Source of the DNA: Thermoplasmatales archaeon SW_10_69_26
GTDB taxonomy: Archaea; Thermoplasmatota; SW-10-69-26
NCBI GenBank assembly: GCA_003009755.1
Contig: PXUB01000001.1
Location: 85,854-149,853 of the forward strand
Length of the DNA stretch: 64,000 nt
Direction: 5' to 3'
In this document: positions 9,621 through 19,193 of the stretch, piece after piece
Layout: every line of letters starts with the position of its first letter
How positions within the stretch are numbered: the first letter of the stretch is position 1
Notes under the pieces: generated by a model
Databases searched by the model: none
What the model saw: only the letters and a program-made list of their open reading frames with translations
What the model was told of the DNA's origin: nothing
Program-made: the position numbers and the translations under genes

Positions 9621-10331
9621 CTATTCCTCGTCGACCTCGACGGGGACGCCTTGCACCTTGGCGCCGGCGGGCACGTGGCCGTCTTTCGGGACGACGCTGC
9701 CGGCCCCGACGACGGCGCCCTCGCCGATGTGGGCGCCGGGGAACACGATGGCGCCCTCGCCGATCGCAGCGCCGTCCTCGATCACGACCTCGTCGATGTA
9801 GAGGTCGTTGCCTTGACCGGCGTGGGCCATGACGACGGCGCTGCCGCCGATCACGACGCCGTCACCGATGGTGAGCAGATTGAGGTCGTACACCTGGGGC
9901 GTGTTGATGACGACGCCCTTGCCGACCTCGGCCCCCATCGCTCGATAGAACAGGATGTTGAACCGCGTGGTGCGGGTGAAGGGCAAGAACAGGTAGCGGG
10001 CGATCATCACGAGCAGGTTGTAGATGAAGAACTTCGTGACGGCCCACGAGCGCAGGTCCCTCTCGCCCTCGGGGACCGAGATCCGGAAGACGTTGCGGAC
10101 GAGCGCGATCGTCGTCAACAGGACAAGGCCCCACGCGATGAAGGTGAGGAAGCCGAGACCGCCGACGGCCGCGCCTCGGGCGATCGGGTGCAGACCGGTG
10201 ACCCAGCCCCACCACCAGCTGGCCAGCGGCCACACGACGGCGGTGGCTGCCCCGATGACGAGCGCCGAGATGCCGTAGCCGAGCATCGCCGGCGTGTTGT
10301 ACATGACGACCTTGTTCAGGCGCCGCAGCAA
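9621..10331 (-). CDS. Membrane-anchored hexapeptide-repeat (left-handed beta-helix) acyltransferase-like protein
   Basis: N-terminal TM helices; IGDGVVIG and IGEGAVVGAGSVV repeats. Confidence 0.82.
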   Translation of the reverse strand: MLRRLNKVVMYNTPAMLGYGISALVIGAATAVVWPLASWWWGWVTGLHPIARGAAVGGLGFLTFIAWGLVLLTTIALVRNVFRISVPEGERDLRSWAVTKFFIYNLLVMIARYLFLPFTRTTRFNILFYRAMGAEVGKGVVINTPQVYDLNLLTIGDGVVIGGSAVVMAHAGQGNDLYIDEVVIEDGAAIGEGAIVFPGAHIGEGAVVGAGSVVPKDGHVPAGAKVQGVPVEVDEE

Positions 10332-10411
10332 CGCGCCGGCCAGCCTGGCTTGCCCGGAAAAGGTTAGCCCGTCCCCGTCAGCGTTTTCCGGTCGAGCCCG
10401 GTGCAGGGCCC

Positions 10412-11260
10412 GTGTCCGAGCGCCCGATCGACCTGCAGACGCACTCCGTGCACTCGGATGGCACGCTCACGCCGACCGAGATCGTCGAACGCGCCGCCGA
10501 GACGGACCTGGCCGCCGTCGCGCTCACCGACCACGACACGACCAGCGGCTTGGAGGCCTTCGAGCAGGCGGGCGAGGATCGCGACGTCGAGACGGTGCCG
10601 GGCGTCGAGCTGTCGGCCCGCGTCGGTCGTCAGGACGTCGACATCCTCGGCTACTTCGTCGACCCGGACGACGAGACCTTGCAGGAGGTCATGGAGAAGG
10701 CTCGTCGGTTCCGGCGCGAGCGGGCGCCCGAGATGATCGAGCGGTTGGCGGAGGTGGGCGCGCCGATCGAGATCGAGGCCGTCGAGGAGCACGCCGGCGA
10801 GGCCGCGATCGGTCGCCCGCACATCGCGCAAGCCCTCGTCGATGCGGGCCACGTCGACGACGTGGACGAGGCCTTCGCCGAGCTGATCGGCGAGGAGCAG
10901 CCCGGCTGTGTACCCAAGGAGCGGCTGGATCCGCCCGAGGCGATCGGCGCGATCCACTCGGCGCATGGCGTGGCCGTGCTGGCGCATCCCTCGCACATCC
11001 ACCCGGCCGCGTTCGGGCGCATCCTCGAGGTCCTGTTCGAGGCGGGGGTCGACGGGATCGAGGTCTGGCACAGCGACCACGACCGCAACCACGAGCAGTT
11101 CTTCGGCCAGCAGGCCGCCAAGCACGGGCTCGTCAAGACCGGCGGCTCGGACTTCCACGGCGACAACAAGCCCGACATCGCGCTCGGCGAGGGCCGCGGC
11201 GACCTGGGCGTGCCCTACGAGTCGCTGGAACGACTGCGCCAGCGCGCGGGTTCGGAGTGA
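10412..11260 (+). CDS. PHP-domain phosphoesterase (TrpH/YciV-like)
   Basis: DLQTHSVHSDG, LTDHDT, AHP and GGSDFHG motifs. Confidence 0.93.
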   Translation: MSERPIDLQTHSVHSDGTLTPTEIVERAAETDLAAVALTDHDTTSGLEAFEQAGEDRDVETVPGVELSARVGRQDVDILGYFVDPDDETLQEVMEKARRFRRERAPEMIERLAEVGAPIEIEAVEEHAGEAAIGRPHIAQALVDAGHVDDVDEAFAELIGEEQPGCVPKERLDPPEAIGAIHSAHGVAVLAHPSHIHPAAFGRILEVLFEAGVDGIEVWHSDHDRNHEQFFGQQAAKHGLVKTGGSDFHGDNKPDIALGEGRGDLGVPYESLERLRQRAGSE

Positions 11261-11264
11261 GGGC

Positions 11265-12221
11265 TCAGATCACTTCCTCGGCCATCCACTCGGCCGTGGT
11301 GCGCACGGCCTCGTCGCTGGTGAGCTCGGGCTCCCAGCCGAGCTTCTCGAGCGTGGGGATGGCCAACCGCATCTTCTTGACGTCGCCCTTCCATCCGCCG
11401 CCGCCCTCGACGCCGCCGGTGTACTCGTAGTCGACGTCCTCGAGGCCCATCGCCTCGCACACGAGGTCGGCGATGTCGGTGACGCTGGTCCAGGACTCGG
11501 TCCCGACGTTGACGATCTCGGCCCGCTCTCGGCCCTCCCACGCCTGGAGGGCGAACACGGCGTCGACCATGTCGTCGATGTGGCAGTAGGATTTCTCCTG
11601 GCTGCCGTCGCCGAGGATCTCGAGCGTCGTCGGGTCGTCCTCGAGCTTGTGCACGAAGTCGTAGACGACGCCGTGCGTGAGGCGGGGGCCGAGGATGTTG
11701 GCGAACCGGTAGACGATCGCGTCGAAGTCGAAGGTGTGGGCGTGCCCGCTGACGATCGCCTCACCGGCGAGCTTGGAGGCGCCGTACGTGCTGATCGGCT
11801 TCATCGGGCCGTAGTCCTCGGGTGTCGGGAACTGCTCGACCTCGCCGTACACCGTCGAGGTGCTCATGAACAACAGCTCGTCCACGGCGTCGGTGGTGCG
11901 GCAGGCCTCGACGACGTTCTGCGTCGTCGCCACGTTCTCCTCGAAGTGGCGTTGGGCGTGCTTGTGACCGACGCGGACGTCGGGATCGGCGGCGCAGTGG
12001 ACGACCAGGTCGCAGCCCTCACTGGCGGCCCGGACGCGGTCGGCCTCGCGGAGGTCGGCCTCGACGAGATCGATCTCGCCCTTCGGCAGGAAGTCGCGGC
12101 GGCCGCTGGAGAAGTTGTCGTAGACGACGACCTCCGTGCCCCGGTCCAACAGCTCGTCGACGAGGTGGCTGCCGATGAAACCGGCGCCCCCGGTCACGAG
12201 CGCTCGCTCGGTGGAGCTCAT
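11265..12221 (-). CDS. NAD-dependent epimerase/dehydratase (GalE-like)
   Basis: TGGAGFIGSH and YGASK motifs; start at MSSTE. Confidence 0.93.
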   Translation of the reverse strand: MSSTERALVTGGAGFIGSHLVDELLDRGTEVVVYDNFSSGRRDFLPKGEIDLVEADLREADRVRAASEGCDLVVHCAADPDVRVGHKHAQRHFEENVATTQNVVEACRTTDAVDELLFMSTSTVYGEVEQFPTPEDYGPMKPISTYGASKLAGEAIVSGHAHTFDFDAIVYRFANILGPRLTHGVVYDFVHKLEDDPTTLEILGDGSQEKSYCHIDDMVDAVFALQAWEGRERAEIVNVGTESWTSVTDIADLVCEAMGLEDVDYEYTGGVEGGGGWKGDVKKMRLAIPTLEKLGWEPELTSDEAVRTTAEWMAEEVI

Positions 12222-12886
12222 CTGTGGATCCTCCGCGTCAACAGGACGGCGAACACGGCTGAAGCTATAAGAACCAGGGAAGCCCGAAGAACGACATCGA
12301 GGCCGAAGACGAACACGGCGGCGCGGATCGCGCCGGCGGCGTAGGCCCAGGCGAACGAGGCCGTGAGCGCGCCGAGCATGATCGCCAGCCACGCGCGCTG
12401 GGCGGGCATCCCGACGAGACGGCCCAGCGTGATGCCGGCGACGGCGCCCGAGCCCTGCATCGGGAAGAAGACGAACAGGATCAGGCCCAGGAACGCCGAG
12501 CGGTCGACGATCGGCTGCTCCTCCATCCAGGCTTGCCCTCTCTCCATGAGCCGCTCGACGAGCTCGCCGACGAGCGGGATGCCGGTGATGAAGTCCCAGT
12601 TCCACGCCATCAGCCAGCCGACCGTCATGTCGATGCCGGCGATGTAGGTCGCGACGAGGAACGGCGAGAACCCGGCCGCGACGGCGGCGGGGATGACGGT
12701 CTCCTTGCCGGCGGGTGGCACCATGTAGGTGACCACCAGGCCGTAGAACTCGGCCCCGCGGTAGGGGAAGACGACGAGGACGGAGGCGATCAGGCCGACG
12801 ACGGCGGCCAGGGGCAACGCCAGCCGCAGCACGACACCGGTCCGCCCGCGCAGGACGCTGGGGAACTCGGTGACCTCGGTGCTCAC
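12218..12886 (-). CDS. Small multi-drug export family membrane protein
   Basis: PPAGKETVIP and LFVFFPMQGSGAVAG motifs. Confidence 0.8.
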   Translation of the reverse strand: MSTEVTEFPSVLRGRTGVVLRLALPLAAVVGLIASVLVVFPYRGAEFYGLVVTYMVPPAGKETVIPAAVAAGFSPFLVATYIAGIDMTVGWLMAWNWDFITGIPLVGELVERLMERGQAWMEEQPIVDRSAFLGLILFVFFPMQGSGAVAGITLGRLVGMPAQRAWLAIMLGALTASFAWAYAAGAIRAAVFVFGLDVVLRASLVLIASAVFAVLLTRRIHR

Positions 12887-13413
12887 GGTGAGGCCCCGTC
12901 GAAGTCGGCGACGATCATCACGTGGTCCTCGTGGTGGGGATCCAGGCTGACGATCTCCCGCACGGCGGCCTCCTCGGCGACGCGCTCGCGGGCCCGATCG
13001 AACACCTGCTCGGGCGGTCGGTCGACGGCGATCGAGCGAGCCTTGACGGCCAGGTAGCCGCGCTCCGGTTGGAAGCGGTCGGCGTTGTCGAGGAAGATCT
13101 CGACCTGGTCCGGCTGGGCGACGTCCTGGACCAACAGCCCGAGCTCGGGCACCAGGGGGCCGTAGGCCTCGGGCTGGCGGGCGTCACCGACGACGGGGAC
13201 GAGGTCGGCCTGGGCTTTCGCGCGCTCGACGAGGCGCAGGCCGGCGACCGGGCTCTTCTCCACGGCGAGCACGGAGGTGGCTTGGCGAGCGATCGCGGCG
13301 GCGCGTTCGCCGCCGGCCGCGCCGAGGTAGACGACGGCCTCGCCCTCGGGGGTGAAGCCCTCGCCGCCGGCGTCCTCGTAGGCGGCCAGCTTGCCGACCG
13401 TGGCCCGGCTCAC
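12883..13413 (-). CDS. flpA: Fibrillarin-like rRNA 2'-O-methyltransferase, N-terminally short
   Basis: KLAA, VYLGAA, DARQP, QDVAQPDQ and VKARSI motifs; overlaps nop5 stop. Confidence 0.88.
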   Translation of the reverse strand: MSRATVGKLAAYEDAGGEGFTPEGEAVVYLGAAGGERAAAIARQATSVLAVEKSPVAGLRLVERAKAQADLVPVVGDARQPEAYGPLVPELGLLVQDVAQPDQVEIFLDNADRFQPERGYLAVKARSIAVDRPPEQVFDRARERVAEEAAVREIVSLDPHHEDHVMIVADFDGASP

Positions 13414-14462
13414 CGGTCCGACCCCCGCATCGCTCGTCGGCGCCCGACGCGCTGGATCTCGTCGACGCGGGCTTGCAGGTCGGCCTCGAGCTCGCCGGCG
13501 ATGTCGTTGCCGGTCAACGCGTCGGCTCGGGCCGCGATCGCGACCTTGGCCGCCATCGCCCGCGCGATCGATCCGCGGTCGTCGGGGTGGGCCTCGTGGA
13601 TCATCGGGTGCCGGAAGATGACGCCGTGCTTGGGCGGGGGGGCGTCCTCGGTGAGGTGCTGGAACACGGCGCGCTCGGCACCGAGCATCTGGATCGTGCT
13701 CGCCGGTTGCTTGGCCAACTCCTCGAGGCCGCCGGCGTGCTGGATCAGGCGGGCGGCGATCGCCGGCGTCGTGAGCTGGGCGATGTTCGGCGCCATCTCG
13801 CGGGCGAGCTCGGTGACGAACCGTTCCAGCGGTTCGCGGGCCTGGGCCTGTTGCACGATGCTGGCGGCCAGGCCCTCCAGGGCGCGCATCTCGTTCGGGT
13901 CCAGGGCCGAGCCCATGCCGGGATCGACGTCGAGGGCGCGGGCGATCGCCTCGCGGTCGTCGTGGCGGGCGACCAGGCGCGCCAGCTCGACGCCGTCGTC
14001 GACCTCGTCGACGAGGGCGGGCGCGTGCAGCCGGAACCACGAGGTCAACCGCTCGATCATGCGGTTCTCGATCTCGTGGGTCTCGTCGAGGTAAGCCACC
14101 GCTTGCACGAGGTGGCGGCCCTCCGCGGACAGCTGGGCCTCGATCGCGGCCTCGGCGCGGTCGATCGCGGCCTCCTGGCGGAGGGCGGGATCGAGGTCGT
14201 GGTCGGCGGGTCGTTGGCGGGCCCGCGGGACCGGGCCCTCCATCGTGGCGGCGTGGGTCAGCAGGCGCTCGTCGGCGACCCGCACGTCCTCGACGCCGTC
14301 GAGCATCTGGCGCTCTTCGTCGAGCAGCTGACCGGTTGCGACCGCTTCGAGCCGTCGGGCGATGGCCTCGGCTCGCGCCGGGAAAAGCTCCCGGTCGACG
14401 AGGTCGTCGTCCTCGTAGAGGAAGACGCCGAACCACTGGGTGGCCAGGGCCCGCGAGACCAT
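13410..14462 (-). CDS. nop5: Nop5/Nop56/58 C/D box RNP protein
   Basis: MAPNI, PASTIQMLGAERA, PKHGVIF and IAARAD motifs. Confidence 0.93.
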   Translation of the reverse strand: MVSRALATQWFGVFLYEDDDLVDRELFPARAEAIARRLEAVATGQLLDEERQMLDGVEDVRVADERLLTHAATMEGPVPRARQRPADHDLDPALRQEAAIDRAEAAIEAQLSAEGRHLVQAVAYLDETHEIENRMIERLTSWFRLHAPALVDEVDDGVELARLVARHDDREAIARALDVDPGMGSALDPNEMRALEGLAASIVQQAQAREPLERFVTELAREMAPNIAQLTTPAIAARLIQHAGGLEELAKQPASTIQMLGAERAVFQHLTEDAPPPKHGVIFRHPMIHEAHPDDRGSIARAMAAKVAIAARADALTGNDIAGELEADLQARVDEIQRVGRRRAMRGSDR

Positions 14463-14935
14463 CGAGGCGTCGAGAACCCGCGCGTGGCTTAAGGCTTCTC
14501 GTGACGGACGTCCTCCCCGAGGCGCGGAGCGGGATCGCTGGGGTTCGACCAGCGGTTGCGGTCCGGCGGTCTGCACGCCGAGGATGCCTTCGCTGTCCTG
14601 CTGGACGCCGGCCACGCAGAGGCGGCCCCTGGGGGTCGTGGACGACGTCCAGGTGGTCGTTGGTCCCGCAGCGGGCAGGGAGCCCGCGCTGGCGTCGGCC
14701 CGGTGATCGCCGCCGGTGGCGTTCACCGTGCCCTCCAAGCCGTCGACGCGCAGAGGCTCGGCGCCGGCGAGCCCGGCCGAGAGGCTCGCCGCCGACGACG
14801 AGCACCAGCCCTGCACGGTGACGTTGCCCGGCGGACGATCGCGGCGCGCCGTCGCGAGCGGTCCGCTGAGCTCGTCGAACCCGCCGGCCTCGCCACGTCG
14901 TTGCGAGATGCGAGACTACGAGTAGGGGACCCGCG

Positions 14936-16018
14936 TTGGCGGCCCGCGTGTACGGGGCGCTGAAACCGCTGTTGTTCCGCGTGGACCCCGAGCGCACTCA
15001 CGGGTGGGCCTTGTCCTACCTGTCGATGGTGCAGCGGTCGGGGTGGCTGCGGGGCTCGATCGCCCGGCGCCGGCCGGACCCGAACCCGCGGCTGAGCGTC
15101 TCCGCGATGGGGATCCAGTTCCCGGCCCCTCTCGGGTTGGCGGCCGGGTTCGACAAGGACGCCGAGGCCCACAATGCGCTGCTGGCTCACGGCTTCGGTC
15201 ACGTCGAGGTCGGCACGGTCACCCCCGAGCCCCAGGATGGCAACCCGCGCCCCCGCGTCCAGCGGTTCCCAGACCATCGGGCCCTCGTCAACTGGCTGGG
15301 CTTCCCGAACGACGGCCAGCAGACGGTGGCCGATCGGCTGGAGGAGCACCCGCCGGAGGGGGTCGTGGGCGTCAACGTCGGGCCCAACAAGGACTCGACG
15401 GGCGAGGCGGCGCTGGCCGACTACGAGGATGCCGCCGCGCGGCTGGCTCGCTACGCCGCCTACCTGACGGTGAACGTCTCGAGCCCGAACACGCCGGGCC
15501 TGCGCTCGTTGCAGGAGCCCGAGCAGGTGGCCGAGCTCGTCGCGCGCGTGCTGGACGCTCTGGACGAGGCCGGGCATCCGCGGCCCGTGCTGTTGAAGAT
15601 CCACCCCGACGCCGGCGGCGCCGAGACCCGACAGGCGGCCGAGGTCGCGGTGGATGCCGGCGCCAGCGGGATCGTGGCCGTGAACACCACCTCGGAGAAG
15701 CCCGAGGGCCTGGGCGACCCCGACCAGGGCGGCCTCTCCGGATCGCCGCTGAGCGGGCGCGCGACGCAGGTCGTCGAGCAGGTGTACGAGGCCGTCGGCG
15801 AGGAGGTCCCGATCGTCGGGGTCGGCGGCGTCGAGACCGGCGAGGACGCCCTCGACAAGATCCGTCACGGCGCGACGCTCGTCCAGGCCTACACCGGGTT
15901 CGTGTTCCGCGGCCCGCGGTTCCCGGGCCTGGTGCACGAGGAGATGCTGGCGACGATGGACGATCTGGGCGTCGACCACGTCACCGATCTCGTGGGTGAG
16001 GCCGTGGACGGCGATTGA
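14936..16018 (+). CDS. pyrD: Quinone-dependent dihydroorotate dehydrogenase
   Basis: GLAAGFDK, NVSSPNTPGLR and GGLSG motifs. Confidence 0.95.
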   Translation: MAARVYGALKPLLFRVDPERTHGWALSYLSMVQRSGWLRGSIARRRPDPNPRLSVSAMGIQFPAPLGLAAGFDKDAEAHNALLAHGFGHVEVGTVTPEPQDGNPRPRVQRFPDHRALVNWLGFPNDGQQTVADRLEEHPPEGVVGVNVGPNKDSTGEAALADYEDAAARLARYAAYLTVNVSSPNTPGLRSLQEPEQVAELVARVLDALDEAGHPRPVLLKIHPDAGGAETRQAAEVAVDAGASGIVAVNTTSEKPEGLGDPDQGGLSGSPLSGRATQVVEQVYEAVGEEVPIVGVGGVETGEDALDKIRHGATLVQAYTGFVFRGPRFPGLVHEEMLATMDDLGVDHVTDLVGEAVDGD

Positions 16019-16111
16019 TGCCGCCAGCCCCCGTGAGTCGGCGGTTCATACCAACCCGCCGCTTGCGAAAGGGTTAACCCAGGGCCCTGTTATCGCTGGG
16101 GCGGTGTCCCG

Positions 16112-16345
16112 GTGGCGGTGGGTTTCGTCCTGATCCACGCGAACACGGGTGAGGAGCACGATGTCTACAACGTCCTGCTGGACGTTCCAGAGATCATCGA
16201 GCTTCACCCGCTGTTCGGCGAGTACGACCTGATCGGCAAGGTCGAGGCGTCCGACTACGATACCCTCGGCCAGGTGATCACGTCCGAGATCCGTTCGGTC
16301 GACGGCGTGGAGGACACGAAGACCCTCACAGGGACCCGCTTCTAG
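16112..16345 (+). CDS. Stand-alone Lrp/AsnC ligand-binding domain protein
   Basis: LFGEYDLIGKVE...IRSVDGVEDTKTL; promoter-like GAAAGGGTTAAC at ~16067. Confidence 0.88.
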   Translation: MAVGFVLIHANTGEEHDVYNVLLDVPEIIELHPLFGEYDLIGKVEASDYDTLGQVITSEIRSVDGVEDTKTLTGTRF

Positions 16346-16356
16346 GAGGGATCGCG

Positions 16357-16659
16357 TTGACGTTGCCCGTGTTCGGGAGCATCACGCTGGCCAGCTTCGC
16401 CTTGTTCACGCTGGGCTCCGGCCTGTTCACCGCCTACTTCGGCGCGGGCAAGTCCCGACGGATCGGGTTCGGCCTGGCCGTGTTCGGCCTGCTGGCCGCG
16501 CTCGTGTTCGTCGTCATCTCGTTCTCCCTGTTCCCGGACGTCATGGAGAGCCCCTGGAGCCTCGACGACATCCTCGTCGGGCTCGCGGGCGTCGCCGGCG
16601 CGATCGTCGGCGGCCTCGTCGGCCTGCTCGCCTTCCTCGGGAGCATCGTGCGCGCCTGA
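16357..16659 (+). CDS. Small membrane protein
   Basis: Three TM segments; GLFTAYFGAGKSR; GGAGG RBS. Confidence 0.75.
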   Translation: MTLPVFGSITLASFALFTLGSGLFTAYFGAGKSRRIGFGLAVFGLLAALVFVVISFSLFPDVMESPWSLDDILVGLAGVAGAIVGGLVGLLAFLGSIVRA

Positions 16660-16677
16660 TCGACCGGCCGGGCACGC

Positions 16678-17133
16678 ATGTCTGTCCAAGGTTGGGTTCT
16701 TCATGCAGCACGGGGCAAGCCCGGCGCGGTGGTCCTCGTGCCCGAGCATACCTCCGGCTGGGCCCTGTTCCGCATGGAGAGCCTCTCGTGGTTGAACATG
16801 GCGATCTCCGTCGTCCTGTTGGCCAGCGCAGCGCTCGTCACGCTGCCCGCCTGGACGTTCTGGACGACGGTCGTCGTGGCGGCCACGGTGATCGTGTTGG
16901 AGATCTTCGACGAGTGGGCCGAGCGCCACGACCTGGCCGAGGAGGTCGTGGGCCCGGAGAGCGTCGTGCTCGTCGCCGGGCTGTGGTTGACCGGAACCGT
17001 GCTCGTCACCGGCGGCCCAGCCTGGTTCGTGGCCCTCGCCGCGATCGGGGGCGCGGTGATCGCCGCAGGCGCCGCGATGAACGCGATCGAGTCCTATCGC
17101 CTGGATCCGACCACACGGGGTGAGGAACCGTGA
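16678..17133 (+). CDS. Hypothetical membrane protein (start may be ~16774)
   Basis: Four hydrophobic segments. Confidence 0.6.
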   Translation: MSVQGWVLHAARGKPGAVVLVPEHTSGWALFRMESLSWLNMAISVVLLASAALVTLPAWTFWTTVVVAATVIVLEIFDEWAERHDLAEEVVGPESVVLVAGLWLTGTVLVTGGPAWFVALAAIGGAVIAAGAAMNAIESYRLDPTTRGEEP

Positions 17134-17244
17134 GACGACAACCGCCAAGACGCCGAGAACGTCGGGCTCTGGCCGCCGCACCGGCGATGGGTGCTTCGTC
17201 CGAATCCTTAAGGGCTCCAAGGTGTACCTGTGGGTGTGGGTAAG

Positions 17245-17733
17245 ATGGGAGACGACCCCGTGCGCTGCGAGATCGAGAACGTGGTCATGAGCACCCAGGG
17301 CCCGGTCGTCCTCCTGACGCCCGAGACGCAACCGAACCGGGTGCTCCCGATCTTCATCGACCACAGCCAGGCGTTCAACATCCAGACGGCGCTGAAGGGC
17401 CAGGTCCCGCCCCGACCGATGACCCACGACCTGATGAACCACGTCCTCCAGGAGCTGGGCGGGGTCGTCGAGAAGATCGTCGTCGAGGAGCTGACCCAGT
17501 CGACCTTCTTCGCCTCCCTGTTCATCGAGGTGGAGACGGACGGCGAGCAGGACCTGCACAAGTTCGACGCTCGCCCCAGCGACGGGCTGGCCTTGGCCGT
17601 GCGCGCCCACGCTCCCATCTACGTGCGCGGCGAGGTGCTCGACGATGCCACGATCAGCCGGGCCGACATCGAGGGCGAGTCCCTGAAGGTCGAGGAGACC
17701 GACGAGGACATCGACCTCGGCGTCGAGCCCTGA
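17245..17733 (+). CDS. Bifunctional nuclease family (DUF151)
   Basis: LPIFI, PPRPMTHDL and DARPSDGLALA motifs. Confidence 0.92.
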   Translation: MGDDPVRCEIENVVMSTQGPVVLLTPETQPNRVLPIFIDHSQAFNIQTALKGQVPPRPMTHDLMNHVLQELGGVVEKIVVEELTQSTFFASLFIEVETDGEQDLHKFDARPSDGLALAVRAHAPIYVRGEVLDDATISRADIEGESLKVEETDEDIDLGVEP

Positions 17734-17816
17734 CCCGATCGCCAACGGCTCGCGCGCCTCCCCGGCCGCCGTTGGGAACCTTCATTAGGCCCTTCCAAAT
17801 ACTCGGCTGTCCCGTC

Positions 17817-17900
17817 GCCGAGGTCGCCTAGCCTGGTAGGGCGCAGCATTGGAAATGCTGTGGGCTTCCACCCACGGGCGTTCAAATCGCCCCCTCGGCG
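17817..17900 (+). tRNA. tRNA-Ser(GGA)
   Basis: Acceptor GCCGAGG/CCTCGGC, anticodon arm CAGCA-TTGGAAA-TGCTG, long variable arm. Confidence 0.95.
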
Positions 17901-17967
17901 CTTCTCGCGGCCACGCGCCGCCTCGCCGAACCGAACACCTTATCCGCGAGCAGCCGATGGTGGGTCG

Positions 17968-18369
17968 ATGGACGGCCGAACGGCCCTCGGCCTCGCCGCG
18001 AGCCTCCTCTTCCTGCTCGCCGGATGCGCCAGCAGCCCGGCCAGCTCGACGGCCGACGAGCGGTTGACCATCGAGCCTATCGCGCCGGAGGACACCGATC
18101 TCCGCCTCGACGAGGGCGAGACCGTGACCTTCGTGGCGACGTGCGATTCCCCCGGGCCCACCAAGAACGTGGTCGTCGAGTGGGAGCACGCGATCCGCGA
18201 CGAGCGCGTCGCGGAGGACAAGCAGGATCTCACGACTTCCGCCAACGAGAGCGCGTTCACCGTCAGCTTCGAGGAGACCGCCGACCAGCTCGTGACCGCC
18301 GTCTGCACGACCGACGACGACCGGACGCAGCCCCGCGTCTGGAACGTGACCGTGCGCGCGGACGGCTAA
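17968..18369 (+). CDS. Putative lipoprotein with Ig-like fold
   Basis: LLAGC lipobox. Confidence 0.7.
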   Translation: MDGRTALGLAASLLFLLAGCASSPASSTADERLTIEPIAPEDTDLRLDEGETVTFVATCDSPGPTKNVVVEWEHAIRDERVAEDKQDLTTSANESAFTVSFEETADQLVTAVCTTDDDRTQPRVWNVTVRADG

Positions 18370-18405
18370 CCCACGACGCAACGGCACCGCCCGAGACCGA
18401 ATCCG

Positions 18406-18723
18406 TCAGCTGCCCGTCAGATGCAGGCCCACGATCCCCACGAGGATCGTCGCGATGAAGCCCAACCGGGCCAAGCCGGGCGGCTCGTCGAAGAGCACGA
18501 TGCCGACGAGCGCGGTCCCGACGGCGCCGATCCCGGTCCACACCGCGTAGGCGGTGCCGAGCGGGATGCGTTCGACCGCTTGCGCGAGCAGGACCATGCT
18601 CACCGCGAGCGCGGCCAGGGTCGCGATCGACGAGACCAGCCGCGAGAACCCCTCCGAGTACTTCAGACCGACCGCCCAGCCGACCTCGAACAGGCCGGCG
18701 ACGATCAACCGCGCCCAGGCCAA
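18406..18723 (-). CDS. sugE: SMR family transporter (Gdx/SugE-like)
   Basis: AGLFEVGWAVGLK and GTAYAVWTGIG motifs. Confidence 0.9.
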   Translation of the reverse strand: MAWARLIVAGLFEVGWAVGLKYSEGFSRLVSSIATLAALAVSMVLLAQAVERIPLGTAYAVWTGIGAVGTALVGIVLFDEPPGLARLGFIATILVGIVGLHLTGS

Positions 18724-18848
18724 CGGACCACCTCACGAGAACCGAGCATCGTCCCACCGACGGCGGAGCCCGCTTAAAGGGGTCGGCCCCGGCGGGCGCG
18801 ACGGTGCCCAACGCCAGGTTCTTGCCGGGACGCCGGGCACGCACGAGC

Positions 18849-19178
18849 ATGCCCTACCGCTTCGTCCGCGCCGAGCCCAAGCCGGAGGAGCTGGCCGAGC
18901 TCAAACGCCGGCTCGACCAGAAGGAGATCGAAGCGATCCGCCCGTTCGGCCCCGCGATGACCAAGTCCCTCGAGCAGGCCCGCCTGGACCCGGAGACCGG
19001 CGAGGCGGTCTGGGTGGAGGAAGACCACTGCACGCCGCCGCTGGCCACGGAACGCGAGATCCTCGAGGACTACTTCCAGCAGATCACCGTGGAAGAGGAG
19101 GACGTCGACCGGGCCGGCGGCTGGCGACGCATCGAGGAGCTGCCGTCGATGTGGGTCGAGATGGGGGTGGAAGGGTGA
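18849..19178 (+). CDS. Hypothetical protein
   Basis: Host-like codon use; WVEEDHCTPPLA..RE motif. Confidence 0.7.
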   Translation: MPYRFVRAEPKPEELAELKRRLDQKEIEAIRPFGPAMTKSLEQARLDPETGEAVWVEEDHCTPPLATEREILEDYFQQITVEEEDVDRAGGWRRIEELPSMWVEMGVEG

Positions 19179-19193
19179 GCGCGAGCCCTCGCC

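Noticed and set aside
14490-14930. N-terminal extension of Nop5 or a separate gene
   Set aside because: A TATA-like CTTAAG near 14490 supports the 14462 start; upstream sequence looks at most like a degraded remnant
18724-18790. Guanidine riboswitch upstream of the Gdx-like gene
   Set aside because: The leader after the TATA-like motif is very short and lacks twin ACGR hairpins or other recognisable consensus
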